Shown: one piece after another, positions 1 through 8,475 of the stretch
How the letters are laid out: every line of letters starts with the position of its first letter
Numbering within the stretch: the first letter of the stretch is position 1
Assembly (NCBI GenBank): GCA_913775595.1
Contig: CAJYLB010000001.1
Location: forward strand, 1,191,135 to 1,245,344
DNA from: an uncultured Aquiluna sp.
GTDB taxonomy: Bacteria > Actinomycetota > Actinomycetes > Actinomycetales > Microbacteriaceae
Reading direction: 5' to 3'
DNA: 54,210 nt
Position numbers and translations under genes: made by a program
The notes under the pieces: model-generated
Database searches by the model: none
What the model saw: the letters and a program-made list of their open reading frames with translations, nothing else
Told to the model about the DNA's origin: nothing

Positions 1-230
1 ATGTGAGCGCCCTCGTAGGAGCCCTTTCGGGCATTGATGTTGTCGGTTTCCTGGTCAAAGATGTCGTTGATGCCATAGATCAATAGATTGAACGGGAAGG
101 TAACCCAGATCAGGATCGGCAGGATGTCCCAAGTCCAAAGGTAGCCTGCTAGCCACATGCCCATGACGGTTGTACCTATGGTGTTGACCCAAAGAACGGG
201 CCTCGAGATTTGAATTAGTCGCCAGAGCAC
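1..230 (-). CDS. UbiA-family prenyltransferase, lycopene elongase (CrtEb/LyeJ)-like; 5' part only, runs off the window
   Basis: Manual translation from GTG at 230: VLWRLIQISRPVLWVNTIG...FPFNLLIYGINDIFDQETDNINARKGSYEGAH. It has the SRP motif, the Asp-rich NDxxDxxxD motif and the NxRKG..EGA motif typical of C50-carotenoid elongases. Not in the ORF track. Confidence 0.75.
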   Translation of the reverse strand, partial: MLWRLIQISRPVLWVNTIGTTVMGMWLAGYLWTWDILPILIWVTFPFNLLIYGINDIFDQETDNINARKGSYEGAH

Positions 231-267
231 CCGTTCAGCCTACGGCCTCTCGGCAAAATGAACGTCT

Positions 268-281
268 TGCACAAACGTGCA
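268..281. promoter_or_regulatory. Palindromic operator TGCAC-AAAC-GTGCA, likely SorC-family site (related copies at 331, 3348, 4785)
   Basis: Perfect 5-4-5 palindrome upstream of the operon; the TGCACAAWYGT core recurs four times in the locus. Confidence 0.55.
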
Positions 282-363
282 CTTGCGGACCCTTATTTTC
301 ACCCCTGTGAATTGCCATAATTGGCCAAGCTGCACAATTGTCAGCAAATTTGTGAAGGAAATA

Positions 364-1374
364 ATGGCCACAGTTACACCTTTGTTCGCTCCCGAGCAGG
401 GTCCAATCTCAGCCAGCAAGGAGGCTGCAAGTGCAGCCCTGGAGTCTTTGCTGGCAATTCGCTTCTTTGAGGAGGCAGTAGACGGCCTCTTTGCCAGAGG
501 CCTGATGCACGGGACCATGCACCTTTCTATCGGGCAGGAGGCCGTAGCGACCGGAGTCTGCGCCGCGCTCAGAAAGAGCGACTACATAACATCAACCCAC
601 CGCGGACACTCGCACTGCATCGCCAAGGGTGCTGACCTGACTCGCATGATGGCGGAACTTCTTGCCAAGCAGACCGGCTACTGCCGAGGACGTGGTGGCA
701 GCATGCACATCGCAGATGTTGAGACAGGGAACCTGGGAGCAAACGGCATTGTTGCCGGAGGCATTCCCATTGCTGCTGGGGCTGCCCTAGCTCAGAAGAT
801 GCAGGGTAAAGACAACGTAGTGGTGTCTTTCTTTGGCGATGGTGCCACCAATGAGGGTGCGTTCCACGAGGCTTTGAACCTGGCCGCGGTTTGGGATCTA
901 CCGGTTGTCTTTGTCTGCGAGAACAACAAGTACGGCATGAGCTTCTCCACGGCAAAGAGCATGAAGGTCGAGAAGATCTCTGAGCGAGCTGCGGCATATG
1001 GCTTTCCGGGCGTGACGGTAGACGGCAACGACGTTGACGAAGTGTTTGCTGCAACCCAAGAGGCAGTGGCACGAGCCAGGTCTGGGGGTGGGCCAACCCT
1101 TATTGAGTGCCTTACCTACAGACACAAGGGCCACTCCAAGAGCGACAAGAACCTCTACCGCACCAAGGAGGAAATCGACTTCTGGAAGACGAAGGACCCA
1201 GTTGGGATCTTTGAGACCAAGCTGATCGACAATTCAGTGCTTTCTGCGGAAGAGGTTGAGCAGCTCACCCAAAAGGTTCGTGATGCGGTTCGTCTCGCAA
1301 TCCAGGAGGCAACTCAGGCACCGGATTCGGATCCAGCAGAGCTGCTTTCCTCTGTCTTTAGGCAGGTGGGCTAG
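364..1374 (+). CDS. TPP-dependent dehydrogenase E1 alpha subunit (AcoA/PdhA-like)
   Basis: [25 protein letters not shown]...N TPP motif, YRHKGHS. ATG at 364 follows AAGGAA; the ORF-track start at 277 is too long. Confidence 0.93.
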   Translation: MATVTPLFAPEQGPISASKEAASAALESLLAIRFFEEAVDGLFARGLMHGTMHLSIGQEAVATGVCAALRKSDYITSTHRGHSHCIAKGADLTRMMAELLAKQTGYCRGRGGSMHIADVETGNLGANGIVAGGIPIAAGAALAQKMQGKDNVVVSFFGDGATNEGAFHEALNLAAVWDLPVVFVCENNKYGMSFSTAKSMKVEKISERAAAYGFPGVTVDGNDVDEVFAATQEAVARARSGGGPTLIECLTYRHKGHSKSDKNLYRTKEEIDFWKTKDPVGIFETKLIDNSVLSAEEVEQLTQKVRDAVRLAIQEATQAPDSDPAELLSSVFRQVG

Positions 1375-2364
1375 ATGACTGAGCGCATCATCACCTACGC
1401 GGAGGCTGTCCGCGAAGCAATTGGCCAGGCCATGGAGGCTGACAGCAACGTCTTCATGCTCGGGGAGGATATCGGGGTCTACGGAGGAGCGTTTGGCGTT
1501 TCCGGTGATCTCTACCACCGCTTTGGCGAGGAGCGCGTTCGCGATACGCCCATCTCGGAGCTAGGAATTGTGGGCGCTGCGGTTGGTGCCGCACTGGTTG
1601 GAATGAAGCCGATTGTCGAGATCCAGTTCTCTGACTTCACCGCTCAGGCCATGGATCAAATTGTCAATCAGGCCGCAAAGATTCACTTCATGCTCGGTGG
1701 TGAGCTGTCGGTGCCAATGGTTTTGCGAGCACCGTCCGGTTCGGGAACAGGTGCTGCAGCCCAGCACTCCCAGAGTCTCGAGGCGTGGTTCGCGCACGTT
1801 CCTGGGCTAAAGGTCGTGTTGCCATCATCGCCAGCCGATGCCAAGGGCTTATTGCTTTCAGCACTCGATGACCCTAACCCGGTCGTGGTCTTGGAGCACA
1901 AGCTCCTCTACAAGACCTCCGGTCATGTGCCAGAGGAAATGTATAAAACACCAATTGGAGTTTCCAATGTGGTTCGCGAGGGTAAAGACCTAACTATCGT
2001 TGCCACCGGTGTCATGGTTTCGAGGTCAATTGAAGCCGCAGCGCAACTTTCAGCAGAGGGCATCGAGGCGACCGTGATCGATGTTCGCACCCTGAGCCCC
2101 TTGGACATGGATCCAATAAATGACTCTGTGGCCAAAACCGGAAAGCTGATGCTCGTGCAGGAGGCCCCTAAGCACGTCGGCTACATGGCAGAGGTTGCGG
2201 CTCGGGTTTCTGAGGGCCCAGGTATTTACTCTCTCACCGAGCCGGTAACCAGGCTCTGTGGCATGGATGTTCCAATTCCATATGCCCCGCAGCTTGAGAA
2301 ATCGGTTGTCCCGCAGCTCGATGACATAGTCCAGGGTGCAAAGAGTCTTGTGAGGGGCATCTAA
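1375..2364 (+). CDS. TPP-dependent dehydrogenase E1 beta subunit (AcoB/PdhB-like)
   Basis: GEDIGVYGG, DTPISE, EIQFSDF, AAQHSQSLE motifs; abuts E1 alpha. Confidence 0.93.
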   Translation: MTERIITYAEAVREAIGQAMEADSNVFMLGEDIGVYGGAFGVSGDLYHRFGEERVRDTPISELGIVGAAVGAALVGMKPIVEIQFSDFTAQAMDQIVNQAAKIHFMLGGELSVPMVLRAPSGSGTGAAAQHSQSLEAWFAHVPGLKVVLPSSPADAKGLLLSALDDPNPVVVLEHKLLYKTSGHVPEEMYKTPIGVSNVVREGKDLTIVATGVMVSRSIEAAAQLSAEGIEATVIDVRTLSPLDMDPINDSVAKTGKLMLVQEAPKHVGYMAEVAARVSEGPGIYSLTEPVTRLCGMDVPIPYAPQLEKSVVPQLDDIVQGAKSLVRGI

Positions 2365-3452
2365 TGGCTCAGACACCGGTAGTGATGCCAAAGATGAGCA
2401 TGACTATGACCGAGGGCGAGGTCGTAGAGATCCTCGTCAAGGTTGGAGACAAGGTTGAAAAGGGTCAGGTAGTTGCGGTAGTTGGCACTGACAAAACCGA
2501 CATGGAGGTCGAGAGCGACCACGAGGGTGAGGTCACCGAGATTTCCTCCGGTCCCGGGGACGTCATTGAGGTTGGCGCGCCGCTATTTGTTCTAGAGACC
2601 GAGGGCGAGGACTTACTAGCCGGCATGTTTGGGGATGGGCCTGCCGCAGAGACGGTCGCAACTGAGCCGGTTGCGCAAGAGGTTCAGGCGCCCATTGCTG
2701 CTCCAGCACCTCAGGAGAGTTCGAGTGTCCTGGCAATGCCTGGGGCCAGGAAGGCGGCCAAGGAGCAGGGAATCGACCTATCCACAATTACCCCAGCCAG
2801 CCCCTCGGGTGTGATCAAGGTCACTGATCTACCGGCAGCCGGAAGCCGTGAAGAGGCTGCAAGGCACCAGGTTGCACGAGTTGTCGACACCTCGGCTCAG
2901 ATTCCTCAGTTCTCGTTGTCATCCACCATCTCCCTGACCACCGCTCTGTCCGCAGATGCAGTGGAAAGGTTTGTGGTTTTAGCGAGGGCTTGGGTCAGGA
3001 CCCTTCAGGCACGGCCCAGGCTCAACCAGCGTTTCTTGGACGGAGCGTTTTCAACCATTGACCAAATCCGCATCGCAGCGCTCGTGAAGACACCTTTGGG
3101 TTTTGTTGCTCCAACACTGGGAGCTGATTCCATCTCTGAGAGCTCTTGGGCAGAGAGTGCAAAGGCTGTTCTGGATTCAGCTAGGCAAAACAAGATCGCG
3201 CCCGAGAATCTTCAGCCAGCATCCACATCAATTACCGATCTGGGTGAATTTGGTATCAGGCAGGCAAATACCCTGCTGTTCCAGCCGCAGAGCTCGGGGT
3301 TCAATGTTGGTCAGATGCGAAGCGCTGGCGAAAACTACGAAATTGACTGCACAATTGTGATTGACCATAGAATTGCGGACCCGGGCGACGGAGCTGAGGC
3401 ACTAGCTTTCTTCGCCGCAGAGTTGCAGAAGGAGCTCGATGTCAACGGCTAG
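2364..3452 (+). CDS. Dihydrolipoamide acyltransferase E2 (divergent)
   Basis: Lipoyl domain (TDKTDMEV), peripheral-subunit-binding domain (MPGARKAAKEQGIDL), C-terminal DHRIAD catalytic motif. Confidence 0.85.
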   Translation: MAQTPVVMPKMSMTMTEGEVVEILVKVGDKVEKGQVVAVVGTDKTDMEVESDHEGEVTEISSGPGDVIEVGAPLFVLETEGEDLLAGMFGDGPAAETVATEPVAQEVQAPIAAPAPQESSSVLAMPGARKAAKEQGIDLSTITPASPSGVIKVTDLPAAGSREEAARHQVARVVDTSAQIPQFSLSSTISLTTALSADAVERFVVLARAWVRTLQARPRLNQRFLDGAFSTIDQIRIAALVKTPLGFVAPTLGADSISESSWAESAKAVLDSARQNKIAPENLQPASTSITDLGEFGIRQANTLLFQPQSSGFNVGQMRSAGENYEIDCTIVIDHRIADPGDGAEALAFFAAELQKELDVNG

Positions 3453-4410
3453 AGATCGCGCACTCATTGTCAAGGTCGCGCGCATGTATTACGAGCAAAA
3501 CATGAGCCAGGACCAGATCGCCAGGGCGCTCCTCACCAGCCGTTCAAACGTTTCAAGAATTCTCTCGGTTGCCAAAAAGCGGGGCATTGTCGAGATCAAA
3601 ATAAACGAGGCGACCAAGCGCGAAACTGACATTGAAGAGATGTTGATCAGCCGCTTCGGCCTTCACGCTGCAATGGTTGCAAAGGTGCCGAGGTCCACAA
3701 GCGACTACAAAGCAGTGGGTCAGCTGGCGGTTCAAAGTTTTCTTAGCCACCTAAAGCCTCGCGTGAAGGTGGCAATTAGTTGGGGTAGATCAATACAGGC
3801 GATGGTGGACGCCTTAGAGCCTGACAATCGGCCTGATCTGACCTTTATCCCCATCATGGGCGGCATGACGGCAATACCTTCTTCTTACAGTGGTGAGACC
3901 CTGATTCAGTCTTTGGCCGAGAAGTTTCACGCGCAGTACCAGGTGCTGCACGCGCCCACCATTGTTCAGTCCCCGGATATCAAGGTCGCGCTTATGAGAG
4001 AGCCCTCGGTAGCAGCGGTTATCGACTCTGCCCGCACCGCGGATGTTGCCTTTGTGGGCATTGGATCCAAGGGTGCTCACAGCTCCCAGCACATCTTGCA
4101 ATCTGCTGGTATCACTCCGGAGGAGAACCCCGAGTTCTTTGAGGCGTGGAGTGGGGATTTGGCTGGGAGATTCTTTGACAGGGATGGCAAGAGCATCAAC
4201 TCTCGACTTGATAACCGAACCGTCGGCCTAGAGCTTGGCGAGATTGCGAGGATTAAACGCGTGGTCGGTGTTGCTGCCGGAGAAGAGAAAACCGATGGAA
4301 TCCTCGCGGCACTTCGCGGGGGACTAATCTCGGAACTTGTCACGAGCTCCAATTGCGCACTCAAGCTCTTGGAAGCCGCGGAAAGCAAGACACTAGGAGA
4401 GCTGGTTTAG
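3439..4410 (+). CDS. SorC/DeoR-family sugar-binding transcriptional regulator
   Basis: VARMYYEQNMSQDQIA...SRSNVSRIL HTH, ISWGRS, AFVGIG, AALRGG motifs. Confidence 0.92.
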   Translation: MSTARDRALIVKVARMYYEQNMSQDQIARALLTSRSNVSRILSVAKKRGIVEIKINEATKRETDIEEMLISRFGLHAAMVAKVPRSTSDYKAVGQLAVQSFLSHLKPRVKVAISWGRSIQAMVDALEPDNRPDLTFIPIMGGMTAIPSSYSGETLIQSLAEKFHAQYQVLHAPTIVQSPDIKVALMREPSVAAVIDSARTADVAFVGIGSKGAHSSQHILQSAGITPEENPEFFEAWSGDLAGRFFDRDGKSINSRLDNRTVGLELGEIARIKRVVGVAAGEEKTDGILAALRGGLISELVTSSNCALKLLEAAESKTLGELV

Positions 4411-4797
4411 ATGGAAATTTTGATTTGGATCCTTTTTCTGATTGCGGTGATGTGGGTCTTCCAGCTCTATCTAGCCGTAAAGCAGTCCCAGCGTTTCTCT
4501 AACGACTTGCGCGAAATCCGCACTCCCGGAACCACGACAACTGTGGGGATGGGGGGTTATCGCTATCGCGGCGGCAGGGCATTTGTTGCCATGGCGCAAA
4601 AGGACGGGGAAGTTACCGGGGCAAGGATTCTCTCGGGCCTGACCGTATTTGCAAACTCAAAGCCATTTGAGGACATCGTGGGTCACAAACTGACCGATCT
4701 AGTAGAAGGCAAAGGCCTTGAAAATCAGAAGTTCAAGGTTGTTGAAGCTACCAAGCACGCGGCAAAAACTCTGCTTGATCAAAATGCACAAACGTGA
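4411..4797 (+). CDS. gutM: GutM/SrlM-like glucitol operon activator
   Basis: Hydrophobic N-terminus with Q..L...Q, GLTVFA motif, position beside the srl PTS genes. Confidence 0.75.
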   Translation: MEILIWILFLIAVMWVFQLYLAVKQSQRFSNDLREIRTPGTTTTVGMGGYRYRGGRAFVAMAQKDGEVTGARILSGLTVFANSKPFEDIVGHKLTDLVEGKGLENQKFKVVEATKHAAKTLLDQNAQT

Positions 4798-4888
4798 CAG
4801 CTCTAAGCACATTCACCTCCCAGCGATTCCGCTAGCGTAACGAGAAGCACGGTCAGAGTAGACCGTGTCTCGATCCAAAGGAGGGTTG

Positions 4889-5476
4889 ATGAATTTATTC
4901 GCCAGCGCTGACACGGTTGCCGAACCGGAAGGCGTATGGGGAGCGATTGCAGGTGGAGCTGAATACTTCATCGGTATCTTCAACCAAGGTGGTGAGGTCT
5001 TCTTTGGCCTCATGGGAGGAATCCTGCCTACCCTGGTTGTTCTGCTCACAGCTGTGAACGCTCTCATCCGACTAATTGGACCAGAGAAGATCGAAACGCT
5101 CGGAAAGAAAGCCGCGCAGCCCGGTCTCATTTGGTACCCAGTCCGCTACATGGTGCTGCCATTCTTGGCAGTATTCTTCCTAACGAACCCAATGGCTTAC
5201 ACCATTGGTCGTTTCCTACCAGAGCGTTTCAAGCCCGCTTTCTATGACTCAGCGGTCTCGTACGTTCACCCAATCACGGGTCTGTTCCCACACGCTAACC
5301 CAGGTGAGCTCTTCGTTTACCTAGGTATTGCAGCGGGAATCACCCAGCTCGGTCTAGGTCTTGGTGACCTCGCACTGCGCTTCCTGTTGGTTGGTCTTGT
5401 AGTCATCTTCATCCGAGGCATCGTGACCGAGTGGATCACCGCCAGGATGCTAGCTAGGAAGGAAGCGAAAGCCTAA
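4889..5476 (+). CDS. srlA: PTS glucitol/sorbitol-family EIIC component
   Basis: FFLTNPMAYT, GLFPHANPGELFVYLGIA motifs; ATG at 4889 after AAGGAGG. Confidence 0.9.
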   Translation: MNLFASADTVAEPEGVWGAIAGGAEYFIGIFNQGGEVFFGLMGGILPTLVVLLTAVNALIRLIGPEKIETLGKKAAQPGLIWYPVRYMVLPFLAVFFLTNPMAYTIGRFLPERFKPAFYDSAVSYVHPITGLFPHANPGELFVYLGIAAGITQLGLGLGDLALRFLLVGLVVIFIRGIVTEWITARMLARKEAKA

Positions 5477-6015
5477 TGGACGGACTAAATAAAGTTCTGG
5501 TCACTATTGGCCGCGGTGTAGGTGGAGTTGTTGGAACCCTTTACCAAGCAGGGCGCGACACAATCGACACCATCATCCGTAACATCCTGCCTTTCATGGC
5601 ATTCATTGCCTTCATTATCGGTCTGGTTCTTGCCACCGGTATTGGTGATGTCATTGCCAACGGCATCAAGGGACTAGCCGGCAACATCGTTGGTCTTTTG
5701 ATTGTCTCCGTGGTTTGTGCCATTCCGGTGCTATCACCGCTGCTGGGCCCAGGTGCTGTTATCGCACAGGTAGTGGGAACCCTGCTCGGTGTAGAGATCG
5801 GCCGTGGCAACATCCCACCTCAGATGGCTCTTCCAGCTCTATTCGCTATCAACCCTCAGGTTGGTTGTGACTTCATCCCAGTGGGCCTCGCCCTTGGAGA
5901 AGCTGAGCCAGAGACCGTCGAGGTCGGTGTACCAGCTGTTCTGTTCTCGCGACTCATTACCGGTCCGCTAGCCGTTGTTATTGCATACGTAGCTAGCTTC
6001 GGTATGTACAGCTAG
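5476..6015 (+). CDS. srlE: PTS glucitol/sorbitol EIIBC, C-terminal membrane half as a separate gene
   Basis: YQAGRDTID, ILPFMAF, LSPLLGPGAVIAQV, ALPALFAIN.QVGCDFIPVGL. Confidence 0.88.
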   Translation: MDGLNKVLVTIGRGVGGVVGTLYQAGRDTIDTIIRNILPFMAFIAFIIGLVLATGIGDVIANGIKGLAGNIVGLLIVSVVCAIPVLSPLLGPGAVIAQVVGTLLGVEIGRGNIPPQMALPALFAINPQVGCDFIPVGLALGEAEPETVEVGVPAVLFSRLITGPLAVVIAYVASFGMYS

Positions 6016-6022
6016 AAACAAA

Positions 6023-6077
6023 ACAATCCTTTCGGGGGTTGTCAGAGGATGGGTCATTCATTTGGCCCATCCTCTGA
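6023..6077 (+). other. Intergenic stem-loops between the two srlE halves
   Basis: ACAATCCT-TTCG-GGGGTTGT, then TCAGAGGATGGGTCA/TGGCCCATCCTCTGA (15 bp, one GU pair). Confidence 0.6.
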
Positions 6078-6128
6078 TTTACCCAAAGTCAGACTTCCAA
6101 AAAACAAAGAGGTTCAAGGAGCAAACAA

Positions 6129-6500
6129 ATGGCAGAGTACAAGTCAGTCAAAATTGAAAAGGGCCCTGGCGGCTGGGGTGGACCGCTAACCATCAAGCCC
6201 ACAGCAGACCGCCCATACATCTACTCGGTTACCGGTGGCGGAATTCACCCGCTGGCAGCGAAGATCGCTGAGCTTACCGGCGGCGAAGCATTTGACGGCT
6301 TCAACTCTTCTAAGCCCTTTGACCAGATTGCTGTTGCGGTGATCGACTGTGGTGGTACTGCCCGCATCGGCGTTTACCCGATGAAGAAGGTGCCAACCGT
6401 CGACATCCACGCAACCAGCCCCGCAGGCCCGCTTGCGATGTTTATCACCGAAGACCTGTTGGTCACCGGTGTGAAGCTGGACAACATAAACCCAGCCTAA
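6129..6500 (+). CDS. srlE: PTS glucitol/sorbitol EIIB domain (SrlE N-terminal half as a separate gene)
   Basis: KGPGGWGGPL, VTGGG, phosphorylatable IDCGGTAR.GVYP motif; GGAG RBS. Confidence 0.88.
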   Translation: MAEYKSVKIEKGPGGWGGPLTIKPTADRPYIYSVTGGGIHPLAAKIAELTGGEAFDGFNSSKPFDQIAVAVIDCGGTARIGVYPMKKVPTVDIHATSPAGPLAMFITEDLLVTGVKLDNINPA

Positions 6501-6523
6501 AAACTTAGAAAGAAAACGAATCG

Positions 6524-6892
6524 ATGACAGTGCTTTACAAGAGCACAGTCACCGAGATGGGTGAGCTCGTCCCGACTTTTGTAGCCGAAGGCATGCTTGT
6601 CTTCTTTGGTGACGGCGCTCCAGAGGAACTCAAAACCTTCTGCATCATCCACAAAGTGGAGCATCAGGAGGGCCAGGTCAAGCCTGGCGACAAAGTAGCA
6701 ATTGACGGCCACGAGTTCGAGGTCTTGGCCGTGGGATCTGTCGCAAATGACAATCTCTACAACCTCGGACACCTCAACTTGAAGGCGGATGGCAACACCG
6801 TTGCCGATCTGCCGGGGGATGTTTGCATAGCCAAGGTTGATCTGCCTGAGATCAAAGTTGGCAGCAAGCTTGAAATAACTAGGAGCAACTAA
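6524..6892 (+). CDS. srlB: PTS glucitol/sorbitol EIIA component
   Basis: MLVFFGDGAPEEL..FCIIH, AVGSVANDNL.NLGHL, LPG motifs. Confidence 0.9.
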   Translation: MTVLYKSTVTEMGELVPTFVAEGMLVFFGDGAPEELKTFCIIHKVEHQEGQVKPGDKVAIDGHEFEVLAVGSVANDNLYNLGHLNLKADGNTVADLPGDVCIAKVDLPEIKVGSKLEITRSN

Positions 6893-8169
6893 TGCAGTAC
6901 CGCCTGAAGCTAGCCGAGCTAGCCGAGAAGCAAGGCAGGCCTTTCAGAATCGCACTGGTGGGGGCCGGACAGATGGGTAGAGGCTTTGCCTCGCAGTCTC
7001 ACAGGCTTGGCCTGCAGGTTGCTGTTGTGGCAGACATTGCTCCCGAGCGAATCACTCAGGCCTTTGTTGACTTGGGCCTTGGAGAGCCGGTCATCTCCTC
7101 AGATGCTACTGAGCTAAATGCTGCGATTGCTGCGGGCAAGCCAGCCGGAACTACGGATGCTTCGGTTGCGTCCAGCCTCGATGTGGATGTCGTGGTTGAG
7201 GCAACTGGAGTTGCTGCCATTGGTGCCGACGTGATGTATCACGCGCTGAAGGCAAAGAAGCATGTTGCCACCTTGAACGTAGAAGCCGATGTCACGGTTG
7301 GTCCCATGCTGCACAGGATTGCTAAGGAGAACGGTGTTCTCTACAGCGTCTGTAATGGCGATGAGCCAGCGGAGGCCAAGGAGCTGGTTGACTTCGCAAG
7401 GGATCTCTCCTTTGAGGTCGTGATGGCAGGCAAGGGTAAGAACAATCCGTTCGAGCCACACTCAAACCCCGACACAGTGGCGGAGCGCGCAGCCAAGAAG
7501 CACATGAACCCAAAGATGCTTGCTTCGTTTACCGACGGCTCAAAGACCATGATCGAGATGGCGGCGCTCGCAAACGCCACAGGCCTGAAGCTGACAAGGC
7601 GCGGCATGATTGGGCCCGAGTCTTCTCGCACGACCCTTCAGGACGTTTTCAAGCCCGCTTCTGAGGGCGGGGTCCTAGAGGAGACCGGGGTCGTTGACTA
7701 CTGCACCGGCGATGTCGCTCCTGGAGTATTTGTTGTCATCAAGACCGACAGTCCATATGTTGCAGAGGAGATGAGTTACCTCTCAATGGGAGCCGGTCCA
7801 TACTTTGCCCTATACCGCCCCTATCACCTCGCCTCCGTTGAGGCACCGATGACGGTGGCGAAAATGCTGGTTGATGGTTATGAGACCCTGACCTGCGACA
7901 GCTTCATGACCGAGGTCATTGCCTCTACCAAAAAAGAGCACAAAGCCGGAGAAAAGTTCGACGGCATTGGCGGCTATTCAGCAAGGGGAGTTGTTGATCG
8001 GGTCGAAGACGCAAGGAAAGAGAACCTCGTGCCAATTGGACTGCTGCAGAACGCAGTTGCGAAGCGCGATTTACCAATCGATCACCTCGTAACTTACGAT
8101 GATGTTGAGCTTGACGAAGGCGCGACTATCTTCAAGCTGCGCAAAGAGCAAGAGGCCCTCGGAATCTAG
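6892..8169 (+). CDS. NAD(P)-dependent oxidoreductase, homoserine-dehydrogenase-like with C-terminal SAF domain (COG4091 type)
   Basis: GAGQMG Rossmann motif, NVEADVTVG, GDEP, GKGKNN, DGSKTMIEM, DGIGGY...P.GL SAF tail. Confidence 0.85.
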   Translation: MQYRLKLAELAEKQGRPFRIALVGAGQMGRGFASQSHRLGLQVAVVADIAPERITQAFVDLGLGEPVISSDATELNAAIAAGKPAGTTDASVASSLDVDVVVEATGVAAIGADVMYHALKAKKHVATLNVEADVTVGPMLHRIAKENGVLYSVCNGDEPAEAKELVDFARDLSFEVVMAGKGKNNPFEPHSNPDTVAERAAKKHMNPKMLASFTDGSKTMIEMAALANATGLKLTRRGMIGPESSRTTLQDVFKPASEGGVLEETGVVDYCTGDVAPGVFVVIKTDSPYVAEEMSYLSMGAGPYFALYRPYHLASVEAPMTVAKMLVDGYETLTCDSFMTEVIASTKKEHKAGEKFDGIGGYSARGVVDRVEDARKENLVPIGLLQNAVAKRDLPIDHLVTYDDVELDEGATIFKLRKEQEALGI

Positions 8170-8176
8170 GAGTCAA

Positions 8177-8434
8177 ATGGCAGACAAGCCAGAAATTTGC
8201 GGTTTCTGCCATTCTGACAAGGGCCGCGAGATTATCTACGTCGGCAAAATTGAGTACGGTTCTAGGTGTGTGACTTGCGGTGCCACTCAGCAGGCAACCC
8301 AGCGTGAGATGAAACAGTCGGTTCGTGAAACTACCCAGGTCGGATTTGAGAACTCTCCAATAGGTATTGTCTCCAGAATGCTCAAAGATCCTTACAAGTT
8401 CTTCACGGGAAAGAGCCAAGACCCAAAGGACTAG
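8177..8434 (+). CDS. Small zinc-ribbon-like protein (CxxC...CxxC), 85 aa
   Basis: AGGAG RBS before ATG 8177; CGFC and CVTC pairs. Confidence 0.6.
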   Translation: MADKPEICGFCHSDKGREIIYVGKIEYGSRCVTCGATQQATQREMKQSVRETTQVGFENSPIGIVSRMLKDPYKFFTGKSQDPKD

Positions 8435-8475
8435 CGACTACTTGTTATTTTGTCTAGACCCCCTAGACTATTTCT

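Noticed and set aside
277..363. ORF-track N-terminal extension of E1 alpha
   Set aside because: It overlaps the operator/promoter, and an RBS precedes ATG 364
5476..6500. srlE as a pseudogene
   Set aside because: The halves are in reversed order with intact motifs, an RBS and the catalytic Cys, which does not fit frameshift decay
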